Shown here: in pieces, positions 17,349 to 26,981 of the stretch
Layout: every line of letters begins with the position of its first letter
Position numbering within the stretch: the first letter of the stretch is position 1
From: Candidatus Thorarchaeota archaeon
Lineage (GTDB): Archaea; Asgardarchaeota; Heimdallarchaeia; Hodarchaeales; Hodarchaeaceae
Direction of reading: 5' to 3'
DNA: 32,000 nucleotides
Assembly: GCA_048882505.1 (NCBI GenBank)
Contig: JBHLRO010000002.1
Coordinates: 30,001-62,000 of the forward strand
Notes under the pieces: generated by a model
The model's database searches: none
The model's input: only the letters and a program-made list of their open reading frames with translations
Told to the model about the DNA's origin: nothing
Made by a program: the position numbers and the translations under genes

Positions 17349-19703
17349 TCAGAAGAATGAGGTGACATAAGCCCAAGAAATCGCGGCTTTTTGAATTCCT
17401 GAGGTTCCCAAGTTAACCTCGGCATAGAAATATATTGTACGAATTCCCAATTGGGTGATATCTATGTTGAAAGAGATAGAGGCCACTCCTTGGCTATCAG
17501 ATTCATCAAAACCAAGAAAAATACCAGAACCGTTTTCTCCTGATATGCCGGCGTAGAAACTAAAATTGGCTCCTTGGGAGGGTAACCACATGACCGCCGA
17601 AGGTGTTTTAATAATCCGAACTGAGACAGTGACCCCGACCCCGTTAGCAAGAGTATAGGGGCTAAGTGGGTCGTTACTGGCCGTGTAATTAGTGATTACT
17701 CGCCCAAAAATCCAGTCTCCACTACCGTTTGTTTCCATGTCTTGATGGTCGAGACCCGCCTGGAAAAGCCCCTCGTTTTCCAAATCATAATCAGGGCGGA
17801 TAGTAATGGATTGCCCCAAGGACGAAGTTGGGACGATATCGGTAGGGGGGGTCAAACCATATTGACTTGCCAGGTAGGACAACAGGGGATCAAAGCTTAC
17901 CCATTCCGCTCGATAGCCATCGGTAGGATCCAGCATGGGAACCAACACTTCGGCCCAGGCATGGAGAAAACGCATGGTAACTGCACGGTAGGGATAATAA
18001 TCAATGGAATCATTCCCTCCTAGATATCCGATAACTACTCTGGTAGGAATCCCTTGCAGTCGATTGATGATGGCATAAGATCCCGCGAAGTGAAGAGATA
18101 CTCCACCTTCGGTGCCATCGTGGGGACGACGGAAGAACCACTCATTAAAATCTTCATACGGGGCGGGATGCGCGTTTGCCACTCCTGGTGCAAAACCAAT
18201 TTGTGTTCCTAACCACATGTTCATATCAAAAGTGAAGTTTTCGAATTCGAGCATGTTATTATAGGCTTGCGCAAAGACCGAAAGCCCTGAGTCATTCCAT
18301 TCGGTTGCATTTCCATACACAAAGGGGGCCCAGTCCTGATATCGCGAAGAAGATGTATCTATATAGGGGAGATTTGTCATCTGAGGCGGTAAGCTACCTG
18401 TTATATTCGGAAGTTGAAGATACAAATTTTTGATGGCGGCCCACTTATTCGCATCATTACCTAAAGCCTGCAAATAGTCGCCTTCAGATCTCGTCAAGGA
18501 GAATGCGGCGGCCGATTGAACGTCTACCTTCTCGTAGTCAATATCATAAGTAAAAAGCCCCGTTTCATCGGATGTAGTATCAAGTAAGAGGTTGGCGTCC
18601 ACTCCAAGCAAGTCATCGGAATGGGAGAGCGGGAATACCTCCCGTGCATTCTTGGTAGTCGCACTTAGCGAATTTCCATTGCTATCAAAAAATTGGAAAG
18701 AACTAGAGTCGATATACGAGCCTTTCTGCCCATTCCAAGTAGCAGGAAGATAATTTTTAAAGTTCGTATTAACGGTGACATCCGCAAGGGATGAATTATG
18801 GTCGAGAGGGAGATGTACAGTAAATCTTGCAGTTCGGTCAGCAGGATCCACAAGTTGCGAATAGTCACTTGAACTAGGGGCCCCTGTGGATAATATTCGT
18901 TTTACTTTCTGAGTAGGATTCCAATCTGTCGTATACGGGGGTTTGGCTGTGTACTCATAAGATTCGAAAGTTCCAAGCCGCCAATAGGCGGTAGGACTTT
19001 GGGGATTAGCTTGATCACTAGTGACATTGAAGAGGATGGTGTCTGGGGCACTTAGACCCGCAGTGAATTGGTCGAGAAGGTTTTCTAACAGGTAAGTAGC
19101 ATCCCATGTTGGGGTGTTGAACATAGACCAATCGATTTCTTTATCCGTATAATCAGGAAATAGGTTCTGTTGCCGAGGGGTGTTTAAACCAGCAATCTCT
19201 GTTAGATATGTGCCTAAAAACAGGAGCAATACGAGGATGGTGGGCAGAAGATTCAGTAGATTTCGGGTAACGTTTCTTTCTGCAAGTTCCTCTAATCTAG
19301 AACGAGCAACCTTAGTTGCAACCAAAAGGGCGAGAGTAAGTAAAGAGGTGACCTGGAGAAGCGAAAATGCAGTGGATGAGGCATTCTCGACTTGTTGAAC
19401 ATAATAAAATCCAGCAATCTGCAGAGATATACTTCTCACAATCTCCACGGCAAATGCAAACCCGTACGGCCCTAACATCTTACGAGAGCGGCGTAGAAGA
19501 AACCATTCTGGAATCGAGACAACTGAAAAGAATAAAAATCCAGGAATCGCGGTCTGGAAGAAGTTGGCTTCTTGAGAATTCGTCCCCACCATTGAAGGGA
19601 TAAATGAAACGGCAGTTAACAGACTGGTAAAGGCACTGAGTAAAATAAGATATCGTATTGAATTGGGGGCAGGATCACGTCCAAAAACATCGTCCGAACT
19701 CAT
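17349..19703 (-). CDS. Membrane-anchored transglutaminase-like (TgpA-type) domain protein
   Basis: About 5 N-terminal TM helices, YWRLGTFESY, GGVSLHFA...RLQGIPTRVVIGY, HAWAEV, WVSFDP. Confidence 0.8.
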   Translation of the reverse strand: MSSDDVFGRDPAPNSIRYLILLSAFTSLLTAVSFIPSMVGTNSQEANFFQTAIPGFLFFSVVSIPEWFLLRRSRKMLGPYGFAFAVEIVRSISLQIAGFYYVQQVENASSTAFSLLQVTSLLTLALLVATKVARSRLEELAERNVTRNLLNLLPTILVLLLFLGTYLTEIAGLNTPRQQNLFPDYTDKEIDWSMFNTPTWDATYLLENLLDQFTAGLSAPDTILFNVTSDQANPQSPTAYWRLGTFESYEYTAKPPYTTDWNPTQKVKRILSTGAPSSSDYSQLVDPADRTARFTVHLPLDHNSSLADVTVNTNFKNYLPATWNGQKGSYIDSSSFQFFDSNGNSLSATTKNAREVFPLSHSDDLLGVDANLLLDTTSDETGLFTYDIDYEKVDVQSAAAFSLTRSEGDYLQALGNDANKWAAIKNLYLQLPNITGSLPPQMTNLPYIDTSSSRYQDWAPFVYGNATEWNDSGLSVFAQAYNNMLEFENFTFDMNMWLGTQIGFAPGVANAHPAPYEDFNEWFFRRPHDGTEGGVSLHFAGSYAIINRLQGIPTRVVIGYLGGNDSIDYYPYRAVTMRFLHAWAEVLVPMLDPTDGYRAEWVSFDPLLSYLASQYGLTPPTDIVPTSSLGQSITIRPDYDLENEGLFQAGLDHQDMETNGSGDWIFGRVITNYTASNDPLSPYTLANGVGVTVSVRIIKTPSAVMWLPSQGANFSFYAGISGENGSGIFLGFDESDSQGVASISFNIDITQLGIRTIYFYAEVNLGTSGIQKAAISWAYVTSFF

Positions 19704-19836
19704 CTACTCATCAACCAAGTTCTATTTGCCTATTTAGGAATTATTCTTCAACAATGAGGACAGAGGGCTTATATCAAAAATTTCTGAGATGAAAACTAAT
19801 AAATTATTGGGTATAGAAGAAAAGGACAATGTAACC

Positions 19837-22332
19837 TCAGTTATCTGTTTCAAAGAAGAAGATGGAACAAAACACACACAACCGGTATGGTTTTTTTCCT
19901 CGTTTGAAAATAGATAATGTCTGACGGCCACACCTTGTACAAGGTGCTCCGACAGAAACATTGGTTCCCTTACGAGGATGAGGAGCCTTCCAGGTATGTT
20001 TACAATTACTACACATGACTTGGGTTACTGGAGATGAATCTTGCTCAATCCGAACGTGCACCTCATGACCACAATGCGGACAATCGCCAAGATACTGTTC
20101 GGGGGGAGTAAATTCCCAGGATCCTGAGATAGGACAATCAGTACGATCACATTCACTGCAAAACCAGGGTTTATCTTCTGTTCCTTTGGTAGACCAACAA
20201 TATGGACATAAAATCCATTTATGATATCTAGTGGAGACAAGGAGAGGGATTCCATTACAGATTCGGCAGAGTTCATCTGTAATGGTTTCAAGGTTCCCTT
20301 TTTTAGGAAGAGGAAGGCTGGTTTCGCATAATGGGTTGGAACACCGTAAGAATCGAGATCCTGCCTTTCCTTGGTGTAAAACCAGGCTTCCCTGACATTC
20401 AGGGCATATTCCTAGATGTTTTCCGATTCCAGTCATTGATTCAATGCTTCTGGCTAGTGTGGAGAAGATTTCCTCTTGATTCGCTTTTAATTGTTGCATA
20501 CCACGAGTTGTAACGTCCATAACCAGCTTATCAACATCTTCGGGAGTCTTTTCATGGGTTCGAATGTGTTGTGTCCAGGTTTCAACTCGACCACGAATTT
20601 CGGGGAGGATTAGTTCCCCTGCATTTTGAGTTAAAACCTGATAGAGCGCTAGTCCGAGCGAGGTTGGAACTAAGTTTCGCTGGGGGCCCTGTACAACAGT
20701 ATATTGCCGTTTTTGTACGGTGTCTATATGCGATGAACGAGTGGCATCGGTCCCTAGGTTTAGTGCCGCCATTTTCGTAATAAGATGGGCCTCGCTCCAC
20801 AATTGGGGAGGCGTGGTAAATCCATGGTGTTTATAGGTCTCAAAGAGAAAACTGGTTCCTTTCTTTAGCGGTGGAAGTTCTTGGATGGAGATAGTTTTGT
20901 ATTTATAGAACTTTAAGAACCCAGGCTCCAACAATTTTTGGCCTTTCGCAATGAATTCTTCCGAAGCCGCCGTTATAACGAGATATTGATTGGTTACCTT
21001 GGCATCGATATGGACGGTAGCCAAAAAACGCCAAACAACGTACACATAGATAGCCCATGCATGATTGATCATACTTGGGGTTTTGGAAAAAGATTTTGCA
21101 ATTTCAGGGCGTGTAGCTGCCTTGGCAGGACGAATTGGTTCATGATCCTTTGTGAATCGCCCTTTACTTGGATTTGTGGTTCCACCAATGGCAATGGCCT
21201 CTTGGGCAGCATTACCGAATTCCGGATGGCCAACGAATTTATTGGTCAGCGGGGTCAAGTCTTTTTGAAGGTAATATGAGCTCTCAGTTCTAGGGTAGGT
21301 AATAAATCCGTTATTGTAGAGTCTCTCTGCAATATCAGCAACTCTTTTCGGACTGATTTTAAGGAACTGTGCACATTGGGACTCGAGCGCATCGGTATCT
21401 AACGGGATGGGCCGTTTTATAAACGCGATCTCCTCGTTGTAATCCGTAACTAGACATTGCTGTGTGTGCCTAAGTTCAGATAAAAGGGAATCTATTTCCT
21501 CTTCATCGTATGAAGGATTACCTTTCCAATCCAGAAACAAAGAATCCTCATCAGTGAGCTGAAGCTTAAGGGCTAATCGCCAGAATGTTTGAGGGTTAAA
21601 CTCTTTGTTTTCTAAATACCGATGCGTGATCAACCATAATACTGATGTTTGACAGGGTCCATATGAAACTAGGGTATTATGAATGCCTTGATTCTGGACT
21701 CCAACCGTAAGGAAACGAGTTAGTGATGACCCCATACGGAGATCTTGTTTTCGAAGAGAATCGACCTGCTTTATCCAATCCCAATCCAGAGTACCTTGGG
21801 TCTCGAAAGCGCGTTTAAGGGCCATCGGACCAGTACTTGTGAATTGCATACGACCATGTTTGATTCTTTTATTTATCCCTGTGACGATATCTACGACCTG
21901 TCGACCTATTGATTCCCCATGGCCATCCCAATCGGTTGCAATTATAATGACATCAGAATACCGCCCTATTTCTTGGACATGGATGACCATCGATTCCCGA
22001 ATGGGGATTTCGATTGGTTCTAACTCCACTAGATCCAGTGGGTCTGAATTATGCCAATTACTTTCCTTGTCATATGGCGGGGGGTATTCGTATTGAAGGA
22101 CATGGCCCGTGACGCTGGTGATGATCAGTTGATCGTCCTCGGAGAGGCGGTATTCGTCACTTCCAATCTTAAAAATTATTTGTTGGGTGGAAATAGGTGT
22201 TTTATATACATAATTGTACTTGGTTTTGCCTTTTGCCCCCTTGAACTTTAATTTATATACAATTGAAAAACCACGTACCAGCGCGCGTGCGATTGATGGT
22301 TTTTCTGCAAAAATGGATACTGTGGCGACCAT
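19837..22332 (-). CDS. Type IA DNA topoisomerase (topoisomerase III-like) with C-terminal zinc ribbons
   Basis: TOPRIM AEKPS and ATDWD, VTGH, SYGPCQ, catalytic ITYPRTES, LGTDAT; several CxxC pairs at the C-terminus. Confidence 0.93.
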   Translation of the reverse strand: MVATVSIFAEKPSIARALVRGFSIVYKLKFKGAKGKTKYNYVYKTPISTQQIIFKIGSDEYRLSEDDQLIITSVTGHVLQYEYPPPYDKESNWHNSDPLDLVELEPIEIPIRESMVIHVQEIGRYSDVIIIATDWDGHGESIGRQVVDIVTGINKRIKHGRMQFTSTGPMALKRAFETQGTLDWDWIKQVDSLRKQDLRMGSSLTRFLTVGVQNQGIHNTLVSYGPCQTSVLWLITHRYLENKEFNPQTFWRLALKLQLTDEDSLFLDWKGNPSYDEEEIDSLLSELRHTQQCLVTDYNEEIAFIKRPIPLDTDALESQCAQFLKISPKRVADIAERLYNNGFITYPRTESSYYLQKDLTPLTNKFVGHPEFGNAAQEAIAIGGTTNPSKGRFTKDHEPIRPAKAATRPEIAKSFSKTPSMINHAWAIYVYVVWRFLATVHIDAKVTNQYLVITAASEEFIAKGQKLLEPGFLKFYKYKTISIQELPPLKKGTSFLFETYKHHGFTTPPQLWSEAHLITKMAALNLGTDATRSSHIDTVQKRQYTVVQGPQRNLVPTSLGLALYQVLTQNAGELILPEIRGRVETWTQHIRTHEKTPEDVDKLVMDVTTRGMQQLKANQEEIFSTLARSIESMTGIGKHLGICPECQGSLVLHQGKAGSRFLRCSNPLCETSLPLPKKGNLETITDELCRICNGIPLLVSTRYHKWILCPYCWSTKGTEDKPWFCSECDRTDCPISGSWEFTPPEQYLGDCPHCGHEVHVRIEQDSSPVTQVMCSNCKHTWKAPHPRKGTNVSVGAPCTRCGRQTLSIFKRGKKPYRLCVFCSIFFFETDN

Positions 22333-22370
22333 ACGTCTTCTAACTGCAATCTTCGTTTTGGAATTATCCT

Positions 22371-22967
22371 ATGCCCCCAATTTCAAAGAAAAATTTAAAG
22401 TTAAAGGATTTTTACAGTTCCGCCTTGAATACTGAAACGGTGGAATCTCGAATTTCAACCTCATTACGAGTTTATATAACTGGTGTTACTGGTACAGGAA
22501 AAACTACGGTAGCAGAAAGACTTTCCCAGCTTCTAAATCTCCCCTTTTTAGAAATCAATACTATTGTACTCGATGAAGGGTACTATCTTGGCTATGATAT
22601 TACTCGAGATACAGTCATCATTGATGAGGAGCTGCTGGCGCCGCATTTGGAGATGTTGGTAACAAAACAGTCTCGTATTGGTCTGGTTGGAGGGATTGTT
22701 TCTCTACGAACACCATTCGATCTCCTTATTCTTCTTCATTGCCAGATTCCAATTTTAAGATATCGACTACACGCACGGAACTATTCTTCTGCAAAGATTG
22801 AGGCTAATGTAGAAGCGGAGATCATGAATGTTCTCTATTATGATGCTCTCGAGCTCCTTTCTGTAAAACATATCATTGAGGTTTCTACTGGCGATTCATC
22901 TGTCGATGAAACATGTCAACAGATCATTTCTTTAGGACAAAAGTATTTGTTGGGCGAACTGATATGA
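22371..22967 (+). CDS. Adenylate kinase AK6/Fap7-like P-loop kinase
   Basis: YITGVTGTGKTT, LRYRLHARNYSSAKIEANVEAEIM lid motif; start codon uncertain. Confidence 0.8.
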   Translation: MPPISKKNLKLKDFYSSALNTETVESRISTSLRVYITGVTGTGKTTVAERLSQLLNLPFLEINTIVLDEGYYLGYDITRDTVIIDEELLAPHLEMLVTKQSRIGLVGGIVSLRTPFDLLILLHCQIPILRYRLHARNYSSAKIEANVEAEIMNVLYYDALELLSVKHIIEVSTGDSSVDETCQQIISLGQKYLLGELI

Positions 22968-23645
22968 TTGTCGGATAGAACGAGCTGTTGCGTCATCAAC
23001 TGCCACTAGAGGGGACATATGGCCAGGTAAAAGGATTTTGATATCGAGCTGTGCCAAGTATTTCAAAGACGTTACCAACTCGGAATTGGAGCCCGTCGGG
23101 AGATCTGTGCGGCCAAACGATCCTTGAGGAAAAACGGTATCACCAGATACCAAAATTTTTCGTGTTTTCTCCCAAAGACAAATAGATCCCTTAGTATGAC
23201 CAGGAGTATGGATTACATGGAATGTAAAATCACCAACATTGACTTGGTCGCCATTATCTAACTTGGATGATATTTCAATTGGCGAACAGCGAGCTCCAAA
23301 GAAAGGAGCAATAACAGAACAATCTCCCTTTTCTAAATATTGACTTTCTATTCTTGAAGCAGAAACTTCGATATCTAAATCCGTTTTTAGATTCATTAGA
23401 CCCCCACTATGATCCAGATGCCCATGGGTGAGTAACACACGATTAATATTGTTTTTTCGGATAATCTGTTGAAATGGTGGCGAATTTGTTGCTTGATTTC
23501 CCGTTCCGTAGGGTGTCTGAAATCCCAATCCAGTGTCGATCAAGAGTTTTTCCGATTGTGACTCAATAATAAAGGCATTACAATTGAGGCCGTCCCCAAG
23601 CAGCCAATAGATTCCCGGGAATATCTGTCTCATAAGAACGTACAT
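22932..23645 (-). CDS. MBL-fold metallo-hydrolase
   Basis: LIDTG, THGHLDHSGG, HTPGHTKGS, SGDTVF, LPGH. Confidence 0.93.
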   Translation of the reverse strand: MYVLMRQIFPGIYWLLGDGLNCNAFIIESQSEKLLIDTGLGFQTPYGTGNQATNSPPFQQIIRKNNINRVLLTHGHLDHSGGLMNLKTDLDIEVSASRIESQYLEKGDCSVIAPFFGARCSPIEISSKLDNGDQVNVGDFTFHVIHTPGHTKGSICLWEKTRKILVSGDTVFPQGSFGRTDLPTGSNSELVTSLKYLAQLDIKILLPGHMSPLVAVDDATARSIRQSYQFAQQILLS

Positions 23646-23820
23646 TTAGGGTAGATATAAATGGAGTTCGTAAAGTATCGAGACTCACTCATTATATGAA
23701 AAAAGGGGAAAACAGTGTGAAGTCGGTTTTTGGATATACAGTACCGTCTGCAAATCGTGATAGCTGATCAAGCCACTAAATGGAAATTTTTGGGTTAATC
23801 ATTAGTGCCCTCGAATCAAA

Positions 23821-24063
23821 TCACTCTGAAGCCCCTTCCACTACTATCATAGTCAGTGTTGACCGGACATTCTCAAGGCCCCGAATATTACTAGTAATAA
23901 TTTCTTTTAATTCGTCCATAGTATCGGCTTCAACCTTCGCCACGATATCGTAGACGCCATACACAATCCAAGCGCCAGTAACTCCATTAGTCTTCTTTAA
24001 ATCAGTAAGAACTTCATCTTCGGATCCTATTTCCGCATTCACCAGTACAAAAGCAGAGGGCAT
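23821..24063 (-). CDS. Stand-alone Lrp/AsnC ligand-binding (RAM) domain protein
   Basis: AFVLVNAEIG, VYGVYDIVAKVEA, IRGLENVRSTLTMIV. Confidence 0.9.
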   Translation of the reverse strand: MPSAFVLVNAEIGSEDEVLTDLKKTNGVTGAWIVYGVYDIVAKVEADTMDELKEIITSNIRGLENVRSTLTMIVVEGASE

Positions 24064-24468
24064 TTTCTGTTTAGCTCCTTTTGTTCACTATTTTAGCAAT
24101 ATGCAAATTCAACCTATTATTCAACAGATGGTGTCAATTGATCAAATTGAATATAACTAGTAGTTCTCTGTTCGTTTATTTAAAAGCATTCGGTTTTCCC
24201 AATGTGAGTTTAGGGAGGAAACCTGACTTCATAATAAACCAATCTAATAAGAAACATGGCCCTATTTCATAATGGACAAGGTTGAAAAGAGATACGGTGA
24301 TTTGTTTGAGATAGATTGATTCTATCAGGATAGAAGTGTTTAAATTCTTCCAATTTTTACTGTTTAATCTTCTGGGAGCTTTTAACCCCAAAATTCAAGA
24401 TACCCAGCGTAGCAGCATAACCAAGTATTATCTGGGTGTTTTGAGGCCAAAAAAACGACTCTGACACT

Positions 24469-25038
24469 ATGGTAGTAGAGGCTCCTTTAGCCATGAATAA
24501 CCCATTTGATCCTCTTGAACACATTTCTGGAATGATTATTATCAAGGGTCGCTGTTATTCATCCAAAGAAGTGATTAGAGGGCTTCTGGAGCTCGGAATC
24601 AACATAACTGAGAATGCTGAAGGACTAAAGATCGGATTCAAGCATTTCCCACCTCAACCTGTCTCACCCCAGTCATTGGCGAACGAAACTCCACCGAATT
24701 GCCCGTTTGGCCCATATATGGCCAATATAACGGCACAGCTGAATGAAATCTCAGCCCAGCTCGAAAGTACCCCCAAACCAACGGTTAATACAGCTCCGAA
24801 CTATGCTCTTACTTCAGACACTCCCACTGGAAGCCCTCCATCTTCCTCCTCTCCCTCCTCATCTTTTTTTTCACCGTTTGAAGCAGCACCTTTTCAGTCT
24901 CCAAAAACACATGATAAAGAGCGGTTCTTTAGCAACAGTTTCTTGGAGGAACGCCAAAAGTGCTCTTCATGCGGAGCCTCATTGCCTCAAAATGCCTTCT
25001 TTTGTAATAAATGCGGAACACATACTCGAACAGGATAG
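24469..25038 (+). CDS. Hypothetical protein with Pro/Ser-rich linker and C-terminal zinc ribbon
   Basis: CSSCGASLPQNAFFCNKCG double-CxxC ribbon at the C-terminus. Confidence 0.75.
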   Translation: MVVEAPLAMNNPFDPLEHISGMIIIKGRCYSSKEVIRGLLELGINITENAEGLKIGFKHFPPQPVSPQSLANETPPNCPFGPYMANITAQLNEISAQLESTPKPTVNTAPNYALTSDTPTGSPPSSSSPSSSFFSPFEAAPFQSPKTHDKERFFSNSFLEERQKCSSCGASLPQNAFFCNKCGTHTRTG

Positions 25039-25053
25039 ATCTTTAACCGTGTT

Positions 25054-25587
25054 TCAGCTAGTCAGACGGGTTTTCCAATCATGAACCTTCTCTACTAGGT
25101 TTTCTTTTTCTTCTGTAGTAATTTCTCGTATATTCTTCAATTGAGATGCGTAACGGCCCATTTCGTGAAAAGCAGGATGAAATCCAATTCCAGCAGATTG
25201 CATAACCTTATCTCGGAGGAGGGATAAAGCCTCTGCGATCTCCTTACCATTCGTCATGTTGTAAGTTTGAGATAGAAAGCCATCTAGCAAGCGCGCCGCT
25301 TTCGAATTTACTTTAGCATCAAATGTCATTTTTTCCGAAGAAGTCGGACTTGTAGTGGGACGGGGTTCTGTTTTGACAGGAGCTACTGGTGTGGGCGACG
25401 GGGTGGGCTCTGGAGTAGCGGGCGGAGAGGTATCTTCGGTCGCTGGTATAGAGGCTCCCTCCATCGATGCAAAGATTTGCTTCATTGTGGATGAAATCTT
25501 TTCAATTTTGGTGGCAAGAACTTTCGCAGTTTGGGAGACCAGATCTAGGTCTTGTAATAGCTGTTCAACTTCTTTTGAACTTGTCAT
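25054..25587 (-). CDS. Hypothetical protein (helical N-terminus, Pro/Thr linker, helical C-domain)
   Basis: Clean 177-aa ORF immediately downstream of pgk on the same strand. Confidence 0.75.
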   Translation of the reverse strand: MTSSKEVEQLLQDLDLVSQTAKVLATKIEKISSTMKQIFASMEGASIPATEDTSPPATPEPTPSPTPVAPVKTEPRPTTSPTSSEKMTFDAKVNSKAARLLDGFLSQTYNMTNGKEIAEALSLLRDKVMQSAGIGFHPAFHEMGRYASQLKNIREITTEEKENLVEKVHDWKTRLTS

Positions 25588-25684
25588 GATAACACTTCCC
25601 TAATTCCACTGGATATTGACTTACGACTCACTTGACGCACTCTATCACTTTTTATTTTTTCCTTTTTATTTGTTCCAATTTCGG

Positions 25685-26887
25685 TCACCTGTAAGCCTTC
25701 AAAACGGTAATTGCAGGCAGTTCTTTCCCCATTAGAAACTGAAGCATTGCTCCTCCAGAAGTAGAAACATAGGAAAGGTTTTTTATGTTGTGTTTTTCAA
25801 TAATTGCAACACTATGCCCTCCTCCAGCTAAGGTGAATCCTTTTGTATGTCCCATTGCTCTCAAAATTTCTACTGTCCCAATTTCAAAACCTTTTTCTTC
25901 TATCTTTCCCATCGGCCCATTATACACGACTGTAGATGCGTTTTCAACCAACGTGCTGTACGTCTCAATGGTTTTATCTCCAATATCTAGGATAGGATAA
26001 GGTAATGGGAGGTCATTGAGTCTAAAATTGCGTTTTCCGTCAGCCATACATGCAAAATCAATTTGTGACTTAATCTGATTTGGGAATAAATTGATCAATC
26101 GTTTAGCAATATCTACAAACGTTAACAATCCTGTCTGTCTCAAAAATTCCTCATTCGTTTCTCCCAATAAATATTCCAGAGCTTTGAGGAGAATCAAAGA
26201 GATACCGCCCCCTGTTAAGACATAATCAGCAATATCACGAGATAAAACGTATTCTGCTACTTTAAATGAATCTTCTGGCTTTATTCCTCCCATCACAAAC
26301 ACACATGGCTTATCTGGAGAGTCCATCACGCGCTGAAGGTTCTTAATTTCCCGTTCCATAATGAGTCCAGCATAAGAGCGCATTTTTGGCGGGAATCCCA
26401 CCAAACTCATGTGATTACGATGTGCCGTAGAAAACGCATCATTGACAAAGATGTCCCCTACGCGACATAAACTCTCTATGTATGGATCCTTAGCATGATC
26501 CTCTGGGGTTTTATTTTTCGTCTCATTCGGAACCATCCGTACATTCTCGAGAAGCAGAATATTTCCCTCACTCATGGCTGCAATGGATGTTTCGACCTCA
26601 GACCCATGAGTAAAGGGAATGAAGTCCACACGATAGTTCTTTCCTAAGACCTCCTGAAGTATTTCAGCATGTCCTTCTAGACTTCCAAAATCAGGGCTTG
26701 ATGGCCTCCCCTGATGTGCAATGACGACAACTTTCCCTTTTTGACTTGCAAGATATCGCACTGTTTCAGCGTGGGTTCTGATACGGGTATCGTCCAGAAT
26801 ATTTTTTTCCGAATCCAAAGGACAGTTGAAATCAACCCGTGTTAAACAGACCAGATTCTTTACATTAACCTCGGAAAGAATTCGCAT
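25685..26887 (-). CDS. pgk: Phosphoglycerate kinase
   Basis: RVDFNCP, AHQGRP, LLENVR, FVNDAFSTAHR, YNGPMG, GGGHS, VSTSGGA. Confidence 0.97.
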   Translation of the reverse strand: MRILSEVNVKNLVCLTRVDFNCPLDSEKNILDDTRIRTHAETVRYLASQKGKVVVIAHQGRPSSPDFGSLEGHAEILQEVLGKNYRVDFIPFTHGSEVETSIAAMSEGNILLLENVRMVPNETKNKTPEDHAKDPYIESLCRVGDIFVNDAFSTAHRNHMSLVGFPPKMRSYAGLIMEREIKNLQRVMDSPDKPCVFVMGGIKPEDSFKVAEYVLSRDIADYVLTGGGISLILLKALEYLLGETNEEFLRQTGLLTFVDIAKRLINLFPNQIKSQIDFACMADGKRNFRLNDLPLPYPILDIGDKTIETYSTLVENASTVVYNGPMGKIEEKGFEIGTVEILRAMGHTKGFTLAGGGHSVAIIEKHNIKNLSYVSTSGGAMLQFLMGKELPAITVLKAYR

Positions 26888-26981
26888 GGTGGTGGAACAT
26901 TCCTGTAGAGCGTATTAAGGGCTCGCATGTAACCTATCTGTTTATATTATTCCTTACCCTTTCCTTAGAATCGCAATCAAA

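Noticed and set aside
17216-17425. 69-aa ORF as a frameshifted continuation of the transglutaminase-like gene
   Set aside because: The main ORF ends in a plausible beta-rich domain; no slippery site or domain continuity is evident.
24081-24545. Three short overlapping ORFs between the Lrp-domain gene and the zinc-ribbon gene
   Set aside because: Mutually overlapping, with no motifs or clear starts; cannot support any of them.
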